Shown: positions 39,445 through 50,876 of the stretch, in pieces
Layout: each line of letters begins with the position of its first letter
How positions within the stretch are numbered: position 1 is the stretch's first letter
Source of the DNA: Lama glama
Lineage: Eukaryota
Length of the DNA stretch: 64,000 bases
Assembly: GCA_028534125.1 (NCBI GenBank)
Contig: CM052817.1
Location: 100,256,001 to 100,320,000 of the forward strand
Direction of reading: 5' to 3'
Notes under the pieces: model-generated
Told to the model about the DNA's origin: nothing
Seen by the model: only the letters and a program-made list of their open reading frames with translations
Database searches by the model: none
Position numbers and translations under genes: made by a program

Positions 39445-39853
39445 GGTATCACTTAGCCTTGCCACAAAATGGTGGCCTAACAAAACGTACACGATGCCAG
39501 TGGCTTACCACCATTACCCTTTGTTTTTCACTGGTCTGCGGGCTCTAGTTGATCTAGGCTGGCCCGTGCCTCTGCACTCACTTGGGACAACTCTGCTCTG
39601 TGGTTTGTCCTATACCTCTGGGAACGGAGGGCTAGTCCTTCTCATGGTGATGTCAGAAGCACATGAGGAAGCAAGGCAGCACGCCTGTGCCTGGTCTGCT
39701 GATATCCTGTTGGTCAATGAGGAAAGACGCAAGGCTAAGCCCAGGGATGGGAATTGCACTCCATCCGCAAAACAGGAGACTGCAAAGTCACATGGCACAG
39801 GGCATGGATGCAAGAAGGGGTGGAGGACTGCGTCATTAATGCAGTCTCCCACA
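39445..39853 (-). mobile_element. MaLR LTR (MLT1H-like)
   Basis: CTTCTCATGGTGATG...CTGCAAAGTCACATGGCACAGGGCATGGATGCA...GGGGTG. Confidence 0.7.
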
Positions 39854-40690
39854 AGATGCAGCGAACTACTTACTGCTGGCATGAATAGACATGTTTTTTA
39901 ATGGATGGAGACGAATGCGAGATAGTAGAGGTTCTTAAAGCAAGCCCTCACCTTGCCCATCGAAGCTCTCCTCCTTCCTAAGTCTCCTCCTTTCACTAAC
40001 GGGGGAAAATCATGGCCAGACAAAGCCATGCAGTAAAAGAAATTCACTACAGCTCTTTCCCTCTCCCCTCTTGGATTTCCCTCCTTCCTCTCCAGTCTTT
40101 CCTGTTTAGCTCCTCCCCGCCCCTCACCTAAGTGTTTTTAGCTCACTCTGAATTGTTGCTAAGATTGCAATTAACTCTCAGGTGTTACCTAGAGATCTTG
40201 AGCCAGTTTAAGAAGTAGAGAGACAACCAAGGTGGAGAGGTACATTTCTTTCTCTTTCCATCGTAGGATACGCTGTAGCTATGCATGGCTATACGTTAAA
40301 TAGCTTCTTGAGTTGAAACAAAGAATATATACCCTTTAAAGTCATAATAATGATTAAAACATGGTTTTAAAAAACCCAAACACTGGAGTTGTTCATGGTG
40401 GCTCCCTTTGAGGAGTTAGATCAGGGGGAAGATAAATGAAGAATATTTTTCCTTTATATTTTATACTTTCCTGTGCTGTTGGGGGAAATACTGTTTAACC
40501 TTAGGCATGTTATTTTTATAACATATTTTTTCAAAAGGTTTAAAGAAGCTGTCTGTGGAGCTCCCTTCTTGTCTGTGTGACTCCAAGCCCCAGAGGGATG
40601 AAGCTATAAACGTGGGGTGACAGGCCAGGGCTGTAAGAAGCCAATCCTATGCTGTGGCTGGCAACCTGCCTACCTGAAAAAGAAAAAGAG

Positions 40691-40831
40691 CAGGGAGCTT
40701 ATAGCTCAGCAGTAGAGCGTGTGCTTAGCATGCACAAGGTCCTGGGTTCAATCCCCAGTACCTCCATTAAAATAAATAACCTAATTACCTCCTCATTTTT
40801 TTTAATTTAAAAAAATAAAATAAAATAAAGA
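40691..40831 (+). mobile_element. tRNA-Ala-derived SINE (Vic-1-like)
   Basis: Body plus ACCTAATTACCTCC. TSD AAAAAGAAAAAGAG at 40677-40690 and 40832-40845. Confidence 0.93.
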
Positions 40832-42654
40832 AAAAAGAAAAAGAGAGCCCTTCACCTGACTCCATAATACATGGAAGGGAGCATCAATGGAATTAACATT
40901 CTTGTCTGTGCACCTAGAATAAAATGTCACTGAGTAAGAAAGTAAGAAAGCGAGTACTTCCAAGGCTGAATGAGCAAACTAGTTAGGCAGATGGGGAAGT
41001 CTTGTTGTACTACTGATTTGGGGGGCTATTTTCCCTTGTCTTTCTGTTTCTTCCTGCCTCCTCCAGGCTTCCTGTGGGCCTGGGTTTGCATAATGAGTGT
41101 GTTTTGGGGAACAGATCCTGAGAAAGCACCGACCTCTTTTTAGAATTTGCAATTTGGTTTTTAAATGTTGCTGTACTGCAGGAAGGCACTGCAGGAAAAG
41201 GCACAGCAGATAAGAGAGATTTTTTGGAAAATGCTGTTCACAGCGCTCATCTGGGTAAGACTTGTTCTCAAGGTTTATTTCTACTGCCGAATGAGACCAT
41301 GGGCAGGAACGTGCCCAGAGTTTTACTTTGCGTAACAGCTGGATCCGAACCTTTAGCTACTGAGTCCACATGTGACATCACAGCCGATCAGAAAGCTGCT
41401 GGTTTTCTCCGCGGAGAGACGAGGCCCAGCCTTCTCTGAAGGGATGAGAGGGGAATAGACTCTGAGAGGCTGAGTTCCTTACAAAAAGCTGGTGTGCGTG
41501 ACCACGTGCCTGTGAGTGTGTGCAGGGTTGCCGGCATTGAGAAGAGAAAAGTCCTGGAGCAAAATGACTTTTCTAAAGAACATCACTTACCTTGTGCACC
41601 TGTCACTCTGGCCATAGAACAGAGCAAACCAGGAAAAGGAAAGCTCTAGCCCCTGATAAACTAAGGTAAATGACCCCATGCCTCAAAGTCACTCCGAACT
41701 TGAGGCCAATCAGAATGGGCTTGGGGTACCAGGTGATTCTGAAACGCACAGCTTGCTCCAAATCCTCTGTAATGGGGAGGTGCAAGCCAGCTAGTGCTGG
41801 GTTGGTTGCAAAACAGCCAGGACTTGCCAGCCCAGGCTCAGGTACTGGGAATGAGAAGAGGGCTGGCTTCAGCCCAGGTCACCGCCCTTGGGTCCTCCCC
41901 CTTCCCCCTGTGCTCTCTTTGCAGAGATTTTCAGTCGATTACTGCATCTCCCCATTAAAGTAAATAGTGCTTTCCTGAGAGCACATCTTCGATATGTCTG
42001 CAATTGCACCATAGCCAACTAATGTGTAATGCTGGAGTTTAATAGTCTATTAAAACACAGCACTGCACATTAAAATCTCTACTGTATCACTGCAGATCTA
42101 CTTAACAAAGCCGCGGTCCCCAGAAACCACTCTTCACTCGCTGAGAGTTGCTGCAACACAACTGAGGAAGTCTTTCATGGCAGAAAATGTAAAAGGGAAA
42201 AGGGGTGGAGAAGGGACCAATAAACACCTCCCTTCCTCCCCACGCCCCGCAGAGCAGCCCCTTCCCCTGCCCGGAAGGACCAGAATCTGCCGGAGCCCTG
42301 GATGGCATCTGGAAATTCTTGTAGTTTAATACCAAATCCCTTCAGATCCAATCTCATTACTCAGATCTTTATTTGGAAGCACTTCAGTTTCCCTCCTCTC
42401 CTTCTTGGAGAGAAACAGGGTTCAGGAAAGCTGCCCGCAGCCCAGCCGGGAAAATGCACCGTGGCTCCTCCCTCTAGAACAATCGCTGAGGCGGAGGAAT
42501 TCTTCAAACAGCTGTAAATCGTCCCACCCACGTCTCCCTCCTTCAGAAACTACAACATATCCCACATCAAAGCCTCCCTTCAGCTGCCAAGAGAAAGACT
42601 CAATAGTTTAACAGAAAGGAAGCAACGTGGCTGCTGAGTGTGTGGTGTAAACAC

Positions 42655-42960
42655 CTGCACGGCGAATAACCCACGCGTCACCTTAGAAACGGGAGGAGCG
42701 GCTTCTCGGTTTCTGAGGTGCCCGCCGAGGCGTTCCTGCAGGTGAGCCGTCAGAAGACCGGCAGCGGCTTTGCGGCAGAGTCCGGAAAGCCGAGGAAGAT
42801 GAGGAGATGTGAGGCTGGGGATTCGAGGGTGGGACGGCCAGAGCCAAAGTCCTGGGGAGAGAAATCAAGTGGGGAGATGCGGGAGGGGCACCCATACTGG
42901 GACGGGCAGCGGGAGCTCTGCCAAGACCGGTCGCCGCCAGCCCCTGATGGCCGAAACCTT
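42655..42960. promoter_or_regulatory. Small CpG island, candidate promoter / first exon
   Basis: Roughly 25-30 CpGs in ~300 bp against a CpG-depleted background. X-box-like GTCACCTTAGAAAC 42677-42690; donor CAG|GTGAGC at 42741/42742. Confidence 0.55.
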
Positions 42961-42976
42961 GGCATCTTCCTCCCCA

Positions 42977-43122
42977 TGAGAAGGAAACCAGAATATGTCA
43001 CCTCAAAACATGTCCTTTGACATAAAAATTCTTCTGAGCTGAAGGCAGTTCAAAAAAAGAGCGGCACATGTAGAAAAAACTTCCCCCTTTCTGCCTGGAG
43101 GCGGGACATAAATTTTCCTTTG
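42977..43122 (+). mobile_element. 5' fragment of MER34-like ERV1 LTR
   Basis: CAGAATATGTCACCTCAAAACATG...TTTGACATAA...TGAGCTGAAGGCA. Confidence 0.72.
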
Positions 43123-43124
43123 AA

Positions 43125-43533
43125 ACAAACACACTCCGTAGACAGAAGGCGGGCATCTTACTCAGAAGGGAGCGTGACTACGAGGTGAAGGGTTGTTGGT
43201 TTTTATGGGCTTGGTAACTTCATACGCTAGCGACTAGGAGGATTGCTCCAACTACTTTGGGGAGGGGGCTGGGATTCCCAGGAACCGGGCCATCACTCAC
43301 TTTTTGACCTTTTATGGTCAGCCTTGAAACTCTCATGGCACCTGTGGGAGTGCCATTCACCATGCTAATACATTACAATCAGTGTATAATGAAGGTCAAG
43401 GTCTACTGGAAGTCAAATCTCCCGCTGTCTTGGACTTCAAGGTCTACTAGGAGTTGAATTTTCTGCCATCTTGGTGCAAATTGCTGTGTCATTCCCTCGA
43501 TGGTTGTGCCCTGCTCCCTTCCCTGCTGTCTCA
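43125..43533 (-). mobile_element. ERV1 LTR, MER41-like, 3'-truncated
   Basis: Reverse strand TGAGACAG...GGAATGACACAGCAA...CCAAGATGGC...CATTATAC...TTAGCATG...CACTCCCAC...CCAAGCCCATAAAAAC; aligns with 29080-29420. Confidence 0.82.
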
Positions 43534-46500
43534 AAAGGAGAAATAAAGAACTAGAAGGACAAAGGGATTTCCAAAGGGAAGGGTGATGTTTTCCTTTGGT
43601 TTTCAATCCAGTACGAAGGTGCTGGGGCTCTGCTCAGGAAGACCCTGTGTCAGGGAAGGGCCTTCAGAGGGTCAGTGGTTTCCCCAAGCATTATCTCGTT
43701 GAGTCCTTACAATGACCCTTCCAGACAGATTAAAATGATAGAGATGGAGAAGTTGAGGCAGAAATGGGTTAGGTAATGGGCACCAGATGCACACCAGCAA
43801 GGGGCAAAAATTAGTATTTCAGTATAGTTCCTCTGATCATCTCCTTATATGACATCATGGGGCCACTAAGCCCATTAAAAACAAGAAAATAATGGATAAG
43901 CCAATGTCTTCTCCCTCAAGCCATGTAAAACCTAGGAGATGGAGGAAGAAAGTCCAGGAATGCCTATTGTACAAAGAAGCAACAAGAAAGGACAAAACTA
44001 GTGTTTTCAGGAAGACAGCAACGCCTCTGAGTTTTCTGAGGGAAGCAGGGTGTCAGTAAGCTAGTCCTGTCCACTGCTCCGGGTCCCCCACAGTCGTAAG
44101 TCTAGAAATGACCCAGATCCTCAAACAGGGTTTTGCTGTGTCCCACCCAGGGAGGCCCCAGAGTTCCCCCACTGGCCTCGTTCTGGGATGAGGGGCTGGG
44201 GAGGCAGTCTGGAGGGCACTGCGGGGACCAGGAGAGGAGGGGGAAGTGGAAGAGATCCTGGTGGTAAAGAGATGAACGGTTGGGCTGGCAGCCAGAGCTG
44301 ATTTCTCCTCACCTCTCTCCACGCTAGTGACTGATAATTGTACCTGTTTGTCTTTGTGTGAAGAGCTTTCCCAAATGAAGACGTGAGAAACCCAGGGAAA
44401 GGGCTTTCGGGGAGGAGCTGCTGCACCCTTATCTCTGCCCCCCAGCTGTAAGGCTGATTGATGCTATTAAAATTCCAAGGGAGTCTCTCTCTGCCAGCAC
44501 TCCTGGTGGTGCTGGATGAGGTGAAAGAGAGAGGGAGGGGGAGAGAGAGAGAGAGAGAGAAGCAGCCTGTGAAATGCTTGTAGATTCCCTTCCCCAAAAT
44601 TGTCCAGGTGGGAGGGCTGATAACCGAAGAATGAAAATGTATGATCTGGGGGATTCCGGGGCTGTGCCCGTGAAACAGCGGGGTAGGTGCTGTCTAAAGA
44701 CCAAGACCTAAGAGACTCTTAGTTGCTAACTTAGATACAAGAATTCAGAACCATAGCTCTACATTAGAATAATCAAATTAAACGCAGAAGTCTCATCCCT
44801 CTGGCTCCTCTTTTGGTTGCCAAGACAGAACTGGAGCAGAGTTAAGCAATGAAAGATCTGAGCTCAAGTCTGTCTGCTGTGTGACCTTGGGAACTCCTCT
44901 TAATGACCCCGTTCATCTAGATTGTTCCTTGTCAACTTCAGTCTTGTTATTAAAAACAAGAGATGGCGAGGGGAAGGCACTTTGCACTCTGGAGTGCACT
45001 GTGAGTAATGCGTATTTGTCACAACCCAGGTTTAGCCTGAAAGGTCCAAACCACGGGCCATTTTCAGCGGGTACCAACCATCTTGCCCAAGCTGCTCTGG
45101 CTCCCTTGTAACTGACTTCATGGGGATCCGTCAGCCCGCAGTCCGGGAGTTCTCAGATGCCCTTGGCAGTTTTCATGGGGCTCTGCCAGGGAAAAGCCGA
45201 TGAATTTACTCCCAAAAGACCAACATGTGACCAAAAGAGGGATCTCTCAAACCCCTGACCCCTTAATGAATGCTTTGTCGGCAAGTCCCACGCAGGAATG
45301 AGGGCTGGAAGAGAAATTGAGTGTGTGTTGCTTTTCCTCTGTCCAGGCAAGTGGAATGGGCCAGGGAACATCTTTAAAAGGGACCCTGGCTCCCTCTCTG
45401 CCAAGGAGCGGCCTGGTCCTGCCCTTGTCCCACGGGTGCCCAGTTTGACATCTTCTGGTCCCCTCGCCAAGGGTGTATAATGGTCTATCCTTAGGACTAA
45501 CTGGACAGACAGCGCAGCATCAGGTGCCCTCTCTAGGTCTCCCTGGGCCCTTTCGGGTGGGTAGGTTGGGGAGTAGACCAGCATTTCTCATCACCAACCA
45601 CTGTGATTGGTTTTATGAGCACTCTTCTCTGTGGGCAAGCACCTATGTGCCTCTCTGCACACTTTGATTCCCCGGGGTGGGGATCCTGGCCCCGTGGTTC
45701 CCCTTCTGCCTGCCTCACTGCTCTCTGCCCCAGGTTCCTGATGCGCAAAATGCTCAGGTGCCCCAGCTCTGCCCCCTTAGTCCCTCCCTCCCAGGAACAC
45801 AGTCTGCTCCTCAGACCTTGGCCATCCACCCCTGCACCCCACCACCCCGCTTTGTGCTTTTCCTTCTTTTACTGAAACCGATTCCGTGGAAAGGAAACGC
45901 ATTGAACCCATTGTACTGGGGCACAGACTTTGTGTTCCTTCTCTGATTTCCTTAGCCGAAGCTACTCCCCCACCCCTCTTCTATGCCTCCCCTCCTTCCA
46001 CCTCCTCCCCCTCCACCCCAACTCCAATTTCACTTTCTCCTTCTCTCTCTCTCTCAGTGCCCCACCTGTTCTGCTTTTGGAGTTGAATGAAACATCACTG
46101 TGTAAGGTGTGGGATTTGGTTTCTGAGACAAGGGTATGAATGATACAGACTCGGGGAGGGGCTCCCTCTGGGGTGAAACTTGACAGGCAGGAAATGGGAG
46201 GGAGCCCCACGGACAGACCCTTCCCCTCTTTCCCTCCTGTGAGCTCTGCTGAGGCACAAGGTGTGTTTCCTCAGGCAATGGCTCCAGAGACATCCCGGTG
46301 TCAAGGCTCTCGCCGTCCGGGCTGACCCTGGCCAGAGCAGAAGCTAAACTCCTGCAGAACCCCTTCTCACCTTGACTTACCCAGCTCCCTGTGACCTTCA
46401 CCGCTCTGCTTACACCTCCCAATTTTTTGCTTCAATCTCTACTTTCCCAGAGACCAAGACACCCCTTTTAGTTTACTGTGACATAAGGCACTCCCTCATT

Positions 46501-47599
46501 TGCTTCTCCAGAGGTATTCGAGACATCTCTAACTGCAGCCTCGATATTTGTTCATTAGAGAAGAGTTGTGAGGCTGGAGCTCAGAGGCGAGGCCCCTCCC
46601 TTGCTCTGAAAGACCCACTTGCGGCCACTCTTTCCTCCTGTGGGGAAACGGGCTACTCTCCTGTATGCAAAGTTCCAAGCTTTTCAAAGACTGGCAGGCC
46701 CGGAGCACAGAGCGCTTCCTGGGGTGGGATTTAGGGAGCAGAGTCTGGCGAGGCTTTTCCAGGCTGGGAGGAGCTTGGCAAAGGCTCTTTTCTGTTCATT
46801 GACTGAAACACTTGCTCAGAAAGAAGAAATCATAGCAGGCACAGTTCAGCCTCTCGAGGACGTCGGTTTCTTCTCACCCTCCCTTAAGACAATATAATCA
46901 ATGAAAGGATTGAGAAAAAATGAACTGCGGAGTGCATGCGGAGTCTGGAGACGGACTTTTGATCTGCGTGGCTTCTCTCATAGAGGTTTTCTTTTGTTTG
47001 CATTTTGGAAGATGGGCTGTGTTCACAGCAGCCCACCGGCCCCTGAGCTCACAGAGGCAGGCAGCGGAGGGGGCCGGCCGGCCCTCCCTTCGCCTGCTCC
47101 GGCTCTCTGCAGCTCTGCCTGAGCCTGCCCAGAGGCAGCGGTCAGCTCTGCGGCCAGTGCCTGGCAAATAAGAACATCTCGTAGTGCAAATTGCAGAAAC
47201 TGGTGTCTCCCTCTGCCCTCCGGGAAATGAAGACCACGCAGAGGAGGGACACTGAATGCACGAGGGACACGGTTTCTGTTTCAGTCTCCGGGTGTTGTGT
47301 TTTGTGGATTCAGGGAAGACAGCAGGAGGGACCAGACAGAATGAGCTGGACATTGATTCGGTCTGGCCATGTGGACCAAGGAAGGCAATTTCAGCCACTG
47401 AAAGGCAGAAATGTCACGTGGATGCGTGCATGGCCCTGCTAACAAGACCTAGACCCCAGCAAGCCCCAAACCTAGCTCATCCCCTTCCCTCTCTGGCGGT
47501 CCTTCCCTCAACCCACGGCACTGCCATGCACCCCGCCTCAGTGCCAGGAGCTCGGGTCCTTCCTGACCAGCCCCTGCTTCCTCCCCACATCCCATCACT

Positions 47600-48230
47600 A
47601 GATCCTATCGGTTTTGTTTTATAAGATTATAAGATCTCTAGAATCATCTCTCCTCCCATCCCTACTTTTCCAGCCTTGTCCAGCCCCATCACTCCCTCAC
47701 CTGGACAACTGCAATGGCGTCCTTCCTGCTCTGTTCACACCCCATCCTGACTCGGCAGCAAAATTAACCTTCCTGGAAAATACAAATCGCATTATTAATC
47801 CTCCTGTTGTAAAGCCCTCAAATGTCTTCCCATTGCCCTCTAAGTTCCCCTGAAGCCTCGGTAGGTTTGAGACCAAGGCCCAAGGTCCTTAACCAACACC
47901 TCCTGTGCCGTCTTTTCTCAGTCCGGTCTCGCCCACCTGCCCTGTCCATCCCCACCCTCCTCCTTTCTCTCCACTCCCGGTCCTTTCAGCTTTTCACGTG
48001 CTCCACACTTGCCCTGGAGCCTTTGAATACGTTGTTCCCTCTGCCTGAGAAAGCCTTGCTTGCTCTGTTCCCCTTCATCGCACTCCTTAAGCTTGGCGTT
48101 ATTTATTTATCTAATTTTTGTATCCTTCAGTCTCCCATGCCTACATGGAGGAAGGCACTACATCTCTTTTACTCACCTCTGTTCTCCTTAGCATCCAACA
48201 CAGTATCTGATGCCTACTAGATGCTCAAAA
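47600..48230 (+). mobile_element. L2 3' region
   Basis: CTCACCTGGACAACTGCAATGG...CTGTTCCCTCTGCCTG-like blocks...CACAGTATCTG...TAGATGCTCAA. Confidence 0.72.
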
Positions 48231-48777
48231 AAATTATATGTATTTTATATGTGTGCATGTAAAATTGAAGAGATTTTAGTGAAACTGCTTTTGAACTGGA
48301 AAGGCAATATAACACTGCTGATTTTTATTCCCACTTTCCAGCTCAGGACAAGCAGGACAGAATCTTCTATTATCATTTGGGCTTGAGTGGAACTTATTTA
48401 TACCTGTGTGTTAAGGCTTCCAGGCATTTGCATCTTAAGCTTTTTATTTATACCTGCAGAATGAAGGGATTTGTGCTTCTTTAAAGGAATTTCTGGCGAT
48501 AGTCAGCAGGTGGGTTCATTAAGGAGGAAACAGAACTCTCACATCCCTATTTTTATTTCTTATTTTGAGCTTAGAAACTGAAAAAGGAAACAAGCGGCTG
48601 AGATCAAGGAAAGAAAGTAGGGGCCCACATTCTGGCTTTGGGGTTCTTTTTTCACCCGTCTTATGAGGCGGAACCCCACGTTCCCCACCTGAATGGGAGG
48701 GGGCTGCTGGGAAGGCGGCTTGTGGAGTTTGAACCCTAAGTTCAAACCCTCTATTAACCCTGGGACTTTGTTTTTTG

Positions 48778-48778
<1 letters not shown>

Positions 48779-48810
<32 letters not shown>
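48779..48810. repeat. (TG)16 microsatellite
   Basis: Perfect TG run. Confidence 0.97.
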
Positions 48811-48813
<3 letters not shown>

Positions 48814-50336
48814 CTCACAAGTGTGTTTATTCATGCAGGAGGGCAGCAGCAGGACGTCTACAAGTCAACGTGATGTCCCACGTTCCCACCCAACACAGCC
48901 AGACTGACGTTCCATCCACGTGAAGCTGGTTAATGGGGACGGTGAGCAGGCGCAGGACTGGAAGCTTTCAAGGCTTTACTTCTTTCATCAGCACTCCTGA
49001 TTTTAGGAATGATAGAGTCCGTCAACCCCATTCCTACCTAAATCTCCTGGTAAACTTGGGTATAGTAGTGCTTTATGAGGGTCCAAACATTCTTAATAAG
49101 ACTTTGAAGGATCTTGGCGCAGGACCAAATGGCTCAGGTGGCCCCAACCCACAACCAACCACTCAAAAAATGTCACTGAGTGCCCCAGTGTAGGGCCTGC
49201 CAGGTAACCCTGGGCCTTGGAACAGCCACTTGGTTTGTGCCTCGGTGTCCTCATTTGTAAAGCAGACATCAGATCCCTGCTCTCAGGATTATTGGGAGGA
49301 TTAAAGAAGAAAATGTGTTAGAAAATCTGTTGTAAGTTGCAAATATAAATGAAAGGTGACATGATGATCCACTAAACCAAGCATCCCCAACACAGAAATT
49401 AGGGCTGATGCTTCTTTACTGTGAGCTGCCCCCACCTATGTGGCCTTATGCATGCGATCACATGTCAGCAGCTTCAAGATCAGCACTGAGCAGTGGCATC
49501 TCTCCCTCCTCCAGTGGTCCTTAAACCCATGGATGGACCCTAGTCCTCTTACATCCCTAGTAACTAGCAATGTCAGACACCCCAGTGCACGCTGAATAGG
49601 TGTTTGTTGAATGAGTATACGGTGGGCAGCAAGGAGGAGGGTCTGCTAGAAGAGGTCAGTAGGGGAGGGGTGGGCTAGACCCCTAGAGAGGTTTACATTT
49701 TCTAAAAAGTCAGGAGAACAACTAAGGGCACCAAATTAACTAAGGGGTACCCTGCTAACTGCCTTGGCTCACGCTCCATCTCCTAGAACTCTTCTGGACT
49801 GGGGCCAGCTTCAGGGATGGGAAGGGGCAGGCAGAAACTCTTTGTCTAGGCCTAACTCAGCAGCAGTGAGCTCTCCTTGTGGGGAGGAGGGAGCGGTGGT
49901 GGCCCTGCTGAGCTGCTGGAGGGGTGATATAAGAAGAAAACCCAGATTTCCAGATTTGGGAGCCTTTCCAGAGATGCATGCCCTTGTCTCACCCCCAAAT
50001 AAAGCTGACAGAGCCAAATACAAAGAACCACTTCCTCCCAGTCCCTTGAAACCTACTAAACATCCAGCCAGCCATTAAGTATCTGTTAAGTCCCTGCTGC
50101 GTGCTGGCCTAGGTTCTGGAGCGCCATAGAACGAGTCGCACCCGGTGCTGGTCTCAGGCAGGCAGAGCGTAACTTCTCTTCCATGGGGAAAACCCAGTGG
50201 GAAGGGAGCCCCCAGCACAGGACCTGGCGGGGGAAGAACACAGCCCCTGCCACCCGGCAGACCTGGCTTTGCCACCTCTCTCTCCACTCCTCTTGTGCAT
50301 CCTTGGCCTGTGGGCGCCAAAGGTACATAGTGCCAG

Positions 50337-50876
50337 TGTTACTCAAAAGGGGAAGGGAAAAGACCCCCATTCTTGTCATACCTGAAAGGCAAGAATTCAG
50401 ACAGGAGACAAAATACTGTGTAGGGAAAGATTTTAAAGGTTTTATTAGAAAAGGGAAAGCACTCCTCCAAGAACGGGAGGCGGGCTGAGCCCAGGGCGGA
50501 CAGCAGTGGTCTCTGCACCTTCTCTGACACCCTTCCTTAGAGATGGTCTCCTAACTGATTGACAGCTCTTGCCCCTGCAGTGTTTAGTTGCTCATCCCCT
50601 TTTGTGCATGTCCTCACCTATGATGCACACAGAAAAACCCAGGGAGGGTGCAAACCACAATGCTAATTATATTACAATGAGCGCTGGGTCATGTCCAGTT
50701 AGGTCCTTGTTGCCACCACACAGTTGCGGCTGTCAGGTTCTAACTGGTTTCTGGCTGGCACTAATTAGAGGAAGTAAAGCGCTTTATGCTGGAGAGGGCA
50801 TAACACCATCTTCTGGACCCTCCTCCTTCTCCTCCTCCTGTATGCCCAGTGCCCTTACTTATCTAACCACCTAATA
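50337..50876 (-). mobile_element. ERV1-type solo LTR with 4-bp TSD
   Basis: Starts TGTTAC; TTTATT (reverse AATAAA) near 50440; CCAG at both 50333-50336 and 50877-50880. Confidence 0.8.

Noticed and set aside
8813..40831. tRNA-Ala genes
   Set aside because: Copies have disrupted stems, A-rich tails and mostly TSDs, so they are SINEs.
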